A DNA stretch of 64,000 nucleotides from Minutocellus sp. GHC0000111 (lineage: Eukaryota). Location of the stretch: contig OZ361256.1 of NCBI GenBank assembly GCA_977018835.1, positions 6,944,001 through 7,008,000 of the forward strand. The letters run 5' to 3'. Below the pieces are notes generated by a model. That model saw only the letters and a program-made list of their open reading frames with translations. It did no database searches and had not been told where the DNA came from. Of the stretch, positions 55,459 to 64,000 are shown in pieces; position 1 is the first letter of the stretch; every line of letters begins with the position of its first letter. The position numbers and the translations under genes are program-made.

Positions 55459-57570
55459 ATGACCACGGAGCAAGATAGGTACTTCGTCCCGCAGCTAGCT
55501 GTCTCAATTTTCCCGTCTTTGTCGGCCGACGCAAGTGAAAATGGGACAAGGAGATTTCGAGATCGAAGGGTCATGGGCACCTTCGAAACTGGCATTTCGG
55601 CTGCTACCGGCAGTGAAAGCAGATATGGCGGCGGCGGCGGCGATGTTGCTTTACCGTCGATGATGTGCTATTCTTCACCAGGAATGGCGGAAGATGAGGG
55701 AGAGGAAGACCCGCATGAAAGAGTGAAATCTGCCACAACAGCATCAGCTTTCATCACCTTCCTCAAAGCCTTGTTTGGAGTATCGCTCTTATTTCAACCG
55801 AGGATATTGGGAGAAACAGGTCTCGTTTTGGGCACGGTTGTTCATGTCGTGATCATATCCTGTTGTGGTCTTTCGTGCTACTTGCTGCTCATGGCAAGAT
55901 CAAAGGCAATCGAACGCAGGGAGCGAATATTAGTAGAAGAAGAATCATCGGCAGATCGATCAAGGTCACTGAATTCAGGCGAAAGTGTCAAGATGAACCT
56001 CTCGAATAAATCGGACGGTCCACTATATGGGATGAAAGACAGGTTTGTCACATACAGTGATCTTGTTCGTCAACTATTGGGTAGAAAGGCGGCAGCTGTC
56101 ATTACTACCGTCGTTTTTGTGCTCCATGTCCTATTCGCATCTGGAATGGTGAATTCCGCTACGAGAAATTTGTTGGTATTGGCTGGCTGGCATCCCTCTT
56201 TTGACAATGATGAATACATCGAGTACGAGTATGAGCCTGATCCAGGGCGAAGACTTAGCGATGCAAGCAACGATGGGAGTGATGATGATATGGATGCGCA
56301 AGAAGTGAATAGTATATCAGGAGGGTTAAGTCATTTGGCTTTGACGTGTTTGATATTCCCTATCGTTCTTAAGCTCTTGCTTATTCGAAATCTTGCTGGG
56401 ATGTTCTTCGTTAGTGTGCTAGGCCTCATCGCGTACTTTGTTGGGTGTGTTGGCAGTATGATTTACTCAGCCATGCAGTATTCAGAGTGGGAGGGAGGAT
56501 ACGATGCCCCTGATGACATTTGGAAATGGAAATGGGCAGGTGTTCCAGCATATGTTGCAAGTACAGTTTATGCCATTGAGGGGATCCAATTAGCCCTGCC
56601 AACAGCAAACAGCATTGCAGATCCCCACAAGACAGTTCCTATCGTGAGCGGCGCCGTATTTTTCTATGGCCTCTTGACAATTGCAATCGCGTGGGTTGGC
56701 TATTTGGGTGGTTTAGGAGGAGGCGAGGGTACTATTCATGGAGTTAATGGATGCAACTATCTCTCCATGTGCCTTTCATCAAATTTTCTCACGGTTGTCC
56801 ACGAGGTATCTTTGAGCGCCGCGCTATTATTCACGCTGCCAGTCATCCTTTATCCATCTACCGAGCTCATGGAGCTATGGGTTGAGCAACGATACGCAGA
56901 CAGAGAAGCTGGCGGCGACAACGAGCCGGGGCAAAGTACACCCCCCAAAGCGCATTTTTCTTGGTGGAACTCGGTGAATTTCTGTACCTGTATTCCCTCG
57001 TATGCTCGACGTGTGAAACGTTTCATTGAGAAAAAAGGGATACCATCATCTCAAGGAGCCTGTTCGGGTACCGGTACATGTTTGGATGAGGCAGATTATG
57101 TGGATATGGACGCACCTGGCTATCGTTATCCGACAAAAGACTCAAAGGAGGAAAACAATAGCCCCGAATCACCACAATCAGCAGAGCTGACGCCAACATT
57201 CCTGAACCCAAGAACCCACAACCCTGCGGATAAGTTGTCTGCCCACTTCTATCCGCGTCTGTGCCTCGCAATCGCCATTTGTATCATCGGAGCTCTTGAG
57301 CAGTATTCGTATGGTCTCATTTCTTTTACTCGCGGAGTACTGTTATCTTTTGCCGGATTCATTCTTCCCCCAATTTTATATTTCGCAGCCATGAGGGCAG
57401 AAGGAAGGATCAGAATACCGATGTGCTTGCTCCTTGCCGGCCTCATCTTGTTTGGCATATTCACCATGGTCCTGGCGTTCATTCCGCATTTCACGGAAAT
57501 CCAGTACATGACTGTAGATATTGAAGAATTGGAGGAAGAGAGACGTCACAGTGGGCGTAGCCAGGACTAA
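55459..57570 (+). CDS. Amino-acid transporter (AAAP/Aa_trans, SLC36-like)
   Basis: AFITFLKALFGVSLLFQP, TYSDL, VYAIEGIQLALP, FILPPILY; about 11 hydrophobic segments. Confidence 0.88.
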   Translation: MTTEQDRYFVPQLAVSIFPSLSADASENGTRRFRDRRVMGTFETGISAATGSESRYGGGGGDVALPSMMCYSSPGMAEDEGEEDPHERVKSATTASAFITFLKALFGVSLLFQPRILGETGLVLGTVVHVVIISCCGLSCYLLLMARSKAIERRERILVEEESSADRSRSLNSGESVKMNLSNKSDGPLYGMKDRFVTYSDLVRQLLGRKAAAVITTVVFVLHVLFASGMVNSATRNLLVLAGWHPSFDNDEYIEYEYEPDPGRRLSDASNDGSDDDMDAQEVNSISGGLSHLALTCLIFPIVLKLLLIRNLAGMFFVSVLGLIAYFVGCVGSMIYSAMQYSEWEGGYDAPDDIWKWKWAGVPAYVASTVYAIEGIQLALPTANSIADPHKTVPIVSGAVFFYGLLTIAIAWVGYLGGLGGGEGTIHGVNGCNYLSMCLSSNFLTVVHEVSLSAALLFTLPVILYPSTELMELWVEQRYADREAGGDNEPGQSTPPKAHFSWWNSVNFCTCIPSYARRVKRFIEKKGIPSSQGACSGTGTCLDEADYVDMDAPGYRYPTKDSKEENNSPESPQSAELTPTFLNPRTHNPADKLSAHFYPRLCLAIAICIIGALEQYSYGLISFTRGVLLSFAGFILPPILYFAAMRAEGRIRIPMCLLLAGLILFGIFTMVLAFIPHFTEIQYMTVDIEELEEERRHSGRSQD

Positions 57571-58037
57571 AGACAGACTAAAACACCCAATAGAAACGAA
57601 CTGTACACTTACCGGTACATGTAGCTCTTTTTTGGCAGCTTCTGGCTCGGTAATTGTTTCGATTATATCTCGAGGTACTATTAATGATCGAATGACGATG
57701 ACGTCTCGCTCAAGCACCGCGCGCGCGCGCCTGCTCTGCTCGGCTCTTGTCCCAACTTCGAAACTGCTCCTCCCCCCGGCCTCGCCCGCGCCACACCACG
57801 ACAAGCCGGCAGGAGCCACGAGAGAAGGCTCGAATGCACCTCGACGTCCACAGATGCATTTCTATTGGAGAAGCATCGTGTAAGCGAGATTTTGACTTTG
57901 TGATTTTCAACTAAATCAATTCGATCATATCTTGCCAAAGTAAAAAAGATCTGGCGACCGATCTTGTTTGACAATTTAATTTTATTACATCAAATCCCTC
58001 CCTTCTGTTCGAGAGATCTGATCACCCTGAGACCAAC

Positions 58038-59009
58038 ATGATGGATGCCACAAGTTTCAACGAGGAGGATCCTGTTCAGCAGCATTCGCTTCCAGAACCG
58101 GAGCGACGCAAGCCATACAACGCATCGACAGTGGGAAGAAGAAAGCGAACAATCAGAATTGCGATATGGTCAATAGCAGGGGTTCTCATCGTCATCGTGA
58201 TTGTAGCCTTCAGTCTGGCAATCGTCAATTCAACTTATCCTAGTGTCGACGAGGATTCCATACGAGACAGCAGCCCGGCTGCGATCGAAGCTGATTTGCC
58301 TTCCAAGGATGAAGGGGGGTTTGACTTTGATTATGGCGGCGTTGGTGGCATCATAGATAGCCTTTCGTACAGGAGCGCCGACGATGGCGGATCGTACAAT
58401 GTTGATAATATTTCCACTGAGGAACCAACATATTTCCCCACTTATGAACCAACATACGAGGTGAGAAACAACCGCACAAGAACGTGAATTTATTACACCT
58501 GTATCTTCAATTTATTTGTTTGCAAGATATCATGAACTCAACTCTCCCCCTAATCTGAACATCGAACCGATCAGCCGACTGGAGAACCTACTTGGGATGA
58601 AGCCCACTTAGGTCTACCTACACTCGAACCGACGATGGGAGCTACAGAAGAAAGCACAGATGCTGCGTCAACAGAAGCGAGCGAAGGTACGACAGAGGAA
58701 ACTACGAATGTCGCAACAGACCAGGTGTCATATGGTGCATCCCATGAATCAAACGAAGGGAATGAAGATTTCAATCAAGATTTCAGTGTATCATTATCGT
58801 ATGCGCAGAATACGCCTGCCGAAATCGGTGGTGATGTAAACATTGACGGCAACGTCGATGGCGATAGGGACCGAGATGGATCGTCGTTTCTGCTGGGCGG
58901 AAGTGAAGTATCCTCATATTCTGCTGCTCAAGGTGCCAGGCAACGTCGCCGCCGCCTTTACAGAAATAGACGGTGGGTTCTTCGGCGGCTAAGCAACGGG
59001 ATGGATTAG
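58038..59009 (+). CDS. Single-pass membrane protein with xPTx repeats; intron 58461-58574
   Basis: TM segment IAIWSIAGVLIVIVIVAFSLAIV. EPTYFPTYEPTYE|PTGEPTW continues in frame across the GT-AG intron. Confidence 0.7.
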
Positions 59010-59249
59010 GAAAATGATTCATCTTCTATTTACTACTAAATCTAGTAGTCGAATTTTCATTTGCGGCAAAGAGTAGTAGTAAGGAGCCAGAAATAAATAA
59101 TTCTGGAATTATTCGCAGTCTATCAAGCTACGTGCTGTAGAAGTATCCATAATGTACCGGTACGTTGTATTGTGATTGATTCTTAATGTGTCCAATATAA
59201 GACTATTCTACGACATGCATCTATTCATTGTAATTTTTTTGTATCTAAT

Positions 59250-60161
59250 TCAATTGTTCTTGCCAATGATCTTCTTTGCATACACTGGGAAGGAATCCTT
59301 CGTGTTTTTGGCAACTCGGCTGGAAATCACTTTTCCATTCCGTTCTGTGATAATTCGTCGGACCGGAACCGGTCCATCCAAGCTAGGACCCTCAACGTAA
59401 AAATCAATCAATATAGTATTCGGGCCAATCACCTCGACCTTTACATCACGAGTGTAGCTGCCTGCAGCCACGACAGCGCCGATGGTAACTTTGAAGTAGT
59501 CCAAGTTCTCATTCCTGCCATCTGCAATAATGACGGCTTCAGAAGCATATAAGCCGTCGATGATAGATTGCAGTTTGTCCTTGTCGATGGTTGCGTCTTT
59601 GCTAACATAATCAAGAAAGGCTTTGTATTTTCTGGCAACAACCTCAACTTCAGTTGGGAGGGCGGCCACTCGATCAAGCATGGAGCCAAATTTATGCTGG
59701 TTAGTCTCATTCTCACCCTCGACGCGCTCAATGCGCCCATCATCGGCAAAGTGGATGAGCTGACGAGTGACATCTCCTTCCTCTCCTGGGAGGTAGTTCT
59801 TGATAGTGACGGTGACGGTGCCATCTTTATTGTGTTGGATGGCTTGCAGTTTGGCGATACAACCATTGGCAATGTAGTTGTCACGAACGAGGGCGATAAA
59901 GTCTTCTAGTTGAATTTCTTTTCCGTCACTGAGCACTGCAAGATTGGGATGGAGAAGACGGCGTGCCTGGGGATCATAGCTTTCAAAGGCATCTGGACTT
60001 CCGTCCAAGGTGACAAGGTATTCAGTTATTTCTTTCGCTCTGGTCTGCTCATCAATTGACGTTCCTGCTGCGTCCGAATCTTTGTCGAGTTTGATGGATG
60101 AGGAGACGTTGATGTAAGCGGGGGATGTAGATGCGTTATCAATGTCGTTCTTGATGACCAT
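59250..60161 (-). CDS. Hypothetical protein, probably two tandem NTF2/SnoaL-like domains
   Basis: Two ~125 aa halves with similar layout (LHPNLAVLSDG...DGRIERVE and LYASEAVIIADG...NGKVISSR). Confidence 0.6.
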   Translation of the reverse strand: MVIKNDIDNASTSPAYINVSSSIKLDKDSDAAGTSIDEQTRAKEITEYLVTLDGSPDAFESYDPQARRLLHPNLAVLSDGKEIQLEDFIALVRDNYIANGCIAKLQAIQHNKDGTVTVTIKNYLPGEEGDVTRQLIHFADDGRIERVEGENETNQHKFGSMLDRVAALPTEVEVVARKYKAFLDYVSKDATIDKDKLQSIIDGLYASEAVIIADGRNENLDYFKVTIGAVVAAGSYTRDVKVEVIGPNTILIDFYVEGPSLDGPVPVRRIITERNGKVISSRVAKNTKDSFPVYAKKIIGKNN

Positions 60162-60479
60162 GGTGTTAGAATTGTTTCTGCGATGAAGAGGTTGTTGAAT
60201 TGTGAGTATTGAGTATCAGTACTCGTATGGACTTGATCTGTGATTGTACTTGGATTGTGAGCCAGGGTTGTAGCCCTGCCTGACGAGTTTTCAATCAGCA
60301 GCACACAAAAACCACATCAGGCAAAAGTCTTTTTCCTCCGATCAGGCCTCTAACGTCACTTTCTTGAACTCTACTTTCTTGAACTCTGAAAGAACCAAGA
60401 GCGAAGAATTGCATGGTTGTACTGGGGAATACATAGAGTATGCCGAGCGCAACGACGGTTTTGACTGCAAGCACCCAAC

Positions 60480-61469
60480 ATGACTGCAAAAAGAGGAGCC
60501 GAACTGGTACCAGACAAACCTGGACTAGATTCATACCGTTTTCTGGTGCCGCAGCAGGCAAAAGGGCAGAATGAGGAAGAGCCATTTGCGGGGGCAATGA
60601 TGACCGAGACAAACATGGCGGGCGATTTTGGAGGCGGAGAAAGCACAAATACAACAGCCACTGACTCCGACACCGCTACTGCCGGAACGAAGCAGTACAT
60701 AAATCAGTTTGGTCAGATGGCAAGGTCGACATCATCCAAATTGTTCCGTGGAAGTAATGCTGGAAGTGTGAACTCACTCGCATCCTTGGGGCAGATGGCA
60801 GCACATGTGACGGAGGAACAGGACGAAAAGAAAGAGACCGATAGCGCCGTTGCCGAGCCCACCAAGCATGATGTTGTGAATCAATTTGGATGTGTTCAGA
60901 GAGTAGAATCTTGCGTATTATTTGGCGTGGAGGATGAGGTAGTGAAAGCTGTTGCTGACATAGATCTGGACAAAGACGACGAAGCGGAAGGGGATGGTAC
61001 CAAGAACCATGCAACCAGTATCGGGGGCGCCGTCAAGGACCAGGTGGCCGTAAATTTTGGAGAGGATGAAAGCAGAATGAAGGGTGAAGCACCAAGGGGT
61101 CGATATCTCAACCAATTTGGCGAAGTTACGAGAAGGACGTCATACAAGTTGTTCCGAGGAGGAAATGGGAGCGCCACTTCTCTTTCCTCTCTTGTCAATC
61201 TTGGGGGAGGATCCGAGCTTGGATCGTCCCTTGGGTCTGTTAACGAGCTAAGCGTAATGGTGGATGATGCGCATACTGGCGCCAATCCTTCGACTGACGA
61301 GGCCAAGCGTGCGCCGGTCCAAGAGGTTACAAACCAATTTGGTGCAATCGCACGGGTTGAATCAGCGGCACTTTTTCGATCTGAAAGTGCTGGGTCTCTG
61401 GCTCTTTCATCAACAGCAGTTCCCCACACAACTGCTCCTGAAGATCTCGAGGCGACTTCTTTTGACTGA
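60480..61469 (+). CDS. Disordered protein with four NQFGxxxRxxSxxLF motifs
   Basis: 329 aa ORF; the motif is read four times in the translation. Confidence 0.75.
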   Translation: MTAKRGAELVPDKPGLDSYRFLVPQQAKGQNEEEPFAGAMMTETNMAGDFGGGESTNTTATDSDTATAGTKQYINQFGQMARSTSSKLFRGSNAGSVNSLASLGQMAAHVTEEQDEKKETDSAVAEPTKHDVVNQFGCVQRVESCVLFGVEDEVVKAVADIDLDKDDEAEGDGTKNHATSIGGAVKDQVAVNFGEDESRMKGEAPRGRYLNQFGEVTRRTSYKLFRGGNGSATSLSSLVNLGGGSELGSSLGSVNELSVMVDDAHTGANPSTDEAKRAPVQEVTNQFGAIARVESAALFRSESAGSLALSSTAVPHTTAPEDLEATSFD

Positions 61470-61575
61470 GCACTGCGACGATGCCATTTTGCCTTTGTTA
61501 CTTTCTACCGACTTTATGTATGTGCATATTCAAAATAATTATGATGACCGCAACTAATCAGCATACTGCAAGCAA

Positions 61576-63795
61576 TCATGCCATTGTAGCTCCAAAGCTC
61601 ATGCGGCGATGGGGATCACGCGCTCGCTGTGACGGCCGACGGCCTGATGGCGGAGCAACATCCATGAATGATTCCTTCTCCATAATCTGCTCATGCCTGC
61701 TCCTTTCTTGGGCCGCATCTCTTTGGCCGGTCTTTTTGCCGCATCTATCAAAAATTGGCTTCCAACAAGGCCGGCCAAATGTCACAAGAAGACCAGTTGC
61801 AGCCAATCCAAACGAAACGACCCAGATCCCCATGAGCTGAGAGATGCTCAGAGCAATGTCTGGCCCTGCCCAATCATCTAACGAGGTTGATGGGCAAGTG
61901 TTGGAGGGTCGCGATGCCTTGAGAGCCTTTTCATAGGATCCGTCGTTGCGCATTCGGAGCAGGAGGGAAGACAATTCTTCAAAAATACCATCGAATATTG
62001 GAATCCCAGAAGCTACAAATCCCACAGGCATTCCTACAGCTGTTTTGTTACAATGTATGGCCGTCTGCTGAAGCACCTCAAGATCTTCCATCGGCGCAAT
62101 AACTGCGTGACAATGAGTTTTATCATCGGCGTCAATTTCACTTAGCATGGCATCGAATACACGTGTTCTGCTCTGACAATTTGGGCAATTAAAGCCGGCC
62201 TTTCCATCACCTCCGAGTTCTATTGGATCTACGACGAATCGATCTTCAATTCCCATAACTTCCATGACAAATGACACTGTTTTCCTTTCTCCACAGAAAC
62301 GATAACCGGCATTTATGGCATCGTCAATACTGTTTACCTGACTTACATGGGCTTGTGAAGCAAGCATTGCTGCTAAATTGCCAATATACACTGAAACAAT
62401 CGTGAGGATGAAAAACATCACGCCAACCAAGGTTATACGCCCGCCGACGGAGACCACATCATGAGTGTATGATTGCTGTAAGACAGAGATGTAACGAACG
62501 TAAAGTGCTCTAGGCACATATCTCCAGAAAGGCTTGTAATGAACTGGCGAGGTGTTTGATGATCTTCTTCTTTCATCATTTCTTCGTTCCTCACGTGGGT
62601 ATTCGGAACCTGACCTCCCATACTCGTTCAATAATACCAGCAACGATAGGGCTGGTACGACAAGGAAGATGAGGAATAGCCAAGTAGAGGTGTGAAATGG
62701 CTGGAAGATCACATTTACCTGATGAACGAATTCTGACCATGAATTTTCGGCACTGGTATCGTCTTGAATAGTTATGAGAAAGAGAGGGTCACTTCCCAGG
62801 AGGAACCAGTGTGAGGATAGTGCACGCTCATCTGTTACCGAGTACTGAGCTATGCACAGATCAAGATAGCCAAGGGCTGTAGCATACGCGCAGAGATCAA
62901 ACTTTGAATTAGAGTTGAAAAACTCGATTGACTTGTTGACAAGAAAATCTGGGGGCTCTTGTATTTGGATCTGGAATTCGCCAAGACGACTGGACTGGTG
63001 AATGTAGTCGACAACGGGCCCAGACCATCGAGATGCAGGGCCAGAAAAATGGCTCCTATCGACAGAATATGCTCCCATCCACCCTCCCGTGTTTGAATTG
63101 TAGCCTGCTCGGATCGTTTTGCCCTTAAAAGAAGATAGACGATAGCTTTTCGTGTAGGAGTCCATGTCGTTGCATGTGGCATAGGAGTAATACCTATTCG
63201 AGTTCGGTAGTTCGACGGACCTTCTCAAAAGCAACGAGCAAGAGGCTGGGTCGACGTAGCACCACCGTCTAGAACACCACGACGTGTCGCAATCAGCTGG
63301 CATGGGATAAAATGACGAGCACGGCGTTTCCTTTGCTTCTTCGCTGGATTGGCATCGAGACGTTTCAACATCATGAGCAAAGCATCCTATCCCATGTCGA
63401 TCGAAATCAATTGTAGCATCTGATGCGAGGTTGGAAGACAGATCGGCATCATCTACGGGATCGATTGCTCCAAGACAGGGACATGATGATGCTCCTGCCA
63501 TGTCGTCGCTCAGGGCCACATTGGACATTGTGCCGGTTGGACCACTACCGGTAGGGCCCGCGGCAATTGTTTGGGGCGCTGCAGCAGAAGCATCAAACGC
63601 TTGCTGCATGTGATGAAGAAGGTCCTCCGGGTCGGTCTCTTGGTCGCTTCCATCGACTAAAGACATGGCTGTTTGATTGATGAAACGTTTACGCCGACGC
63701 TTCGACGTCGTTTGGGACTCATCTGGTAGGGCATTCATACTAGGAATTCCTACCATTGAATTACATTTCCCAATCGCAAGCAAGGAACTCGCCAC
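61576..63795 (-). CDS. Ionotropic glutamate receptor-like channel with Cys-rich N-terminal module (start uncertain, ATG at 63756 or 63738)
   Basis: DLCIAQYSVTDER (S1), IFQPF..W (pre-M1), VSVYIGNLAAML (M3, SYTANLAA-like), LSISQLMGIW (M4). N-terminal C.C...GCFAHD...WC..RWCYVD...YSYATC. Confidence 0.82.
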   Translation of the reverse strand: MASSLLAIGKCNSMVGIPSMNALPDESQTTSKRRRKRFINQTAMSLVDGSDQETDPEDLLHHMQQAFDASAAAPQTIAAGPTGSGPTGTMSNVALSDDMAGASSCPCLGAIDPVDDADLSSNLASDATIDFDRHGIGCFAHDVETSRCQSSEEAKETPCSSFYPMPADCDTSWCSRRWCYVDPASCSLLLRRSVELPNSNRYYSYATCNDMDSYTKSYRLSSFKGKTIRAGYNSNTGGWMGAYSVDRSHFSGPASRWSGPVVDYIHQSSRLGEFQIQIQEPPDFLVNKSIEFFNSNSKFDLCAYATALGYLDLCIAQYSVTDERALSSHWFLLGSDPLFLITIQDDTSAENSWSEFVHQVNVIFQPFHTSTWLFLIFLVVPALSLLVLLNEYGRSGSEYPREERRNDERRRSSNTSPVHYKPFWRYVPRALYVRYISVLQQSYTHDVVSVGGRITLVGVMFFILTIVSVYIGNLAAMLASQAHVSQVNSIDDAINAGYRFCGERKTVSFVMEVMGIEDRFVVDPIELGGDGKAGFNCPNCQSRTRVFDAMLSEIDADDKTHCHAVIAPMEDLEVLQQTAIHCNKTAVGMPVGFVASGIPIFDGIFEELSSLLLRMRNDGSYEKALKASRPSNTCPSTSLDDWAGPDIALSISQLMGIWVVSFGLAATGLLVTFGRPCWKPIFDRCGKKTGQRDAAQERSRHEQIMEKESFMDVAPPSGRRPSQRARDPHRRMSFGATMA

Positions 63796-64000
63796 ACTCG
63801 GGATTGCCGCGATTGCGGCTTCGGTTTTTCGGTTTTGTACAAACTTCGCCGAGCAGCGAACCCTTCCAAAAGGTTCGCACTACCCTGCTGCCCGCGGTCG
63901 CCGTCGGTCGGTCGCCGGTCGGTTGGTGCACCGTACATGTAGATACATTAGATCGCAGTATAATACCGGTATTCAACTATCAGATTTGCTACATATATAT

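Overview
Gene-dense eukaryotic nuclear DNA, most likely from a diatom with a flagellated stage. Evidence: GT-AG introns, an ASAFAP-type plastid targeting signal and an axonemal outer-arm dynein intermediate chain. There is one assembly gap (27250-27449). About 25 host-type genes are present, including DNAI1, mitochondrial L23, plastid EngB, NSUN6-like, a CXXC-JmjC protein, an HSF, GCNA/SprT, GT61-like, TAF7, Fpg, an amino-acid permease and a glutamate receptor-like channel, plus tRNA-Val(AAC) and one aberrant tRNA-like gene. Three mobile-DNA features stand out. (1) A 2.6 kb element (47472-50066) carries a decayed RAG1/Transib/Chapaev-type transposase, and its ends read CACAGC[C/A]-spacer-CGGATGA with spacers of 23 and 12 bp, the geometry of V(D)J recombination signals. 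(2) A ~10 kb accessory block at the window start has an intact Crypton-like tyrosine recombinase, a large intron-containing gene with a DGQHR (ParB/DndB-like) motif and a third orphan ORF. (3) Two members of a GAG-terminated MITE family carry an internal palindrome whose arms have co-varied. Several ORFs carry single in-frame stops or frameshifts. All calls come from reading motifs by eye; no database searches were run.
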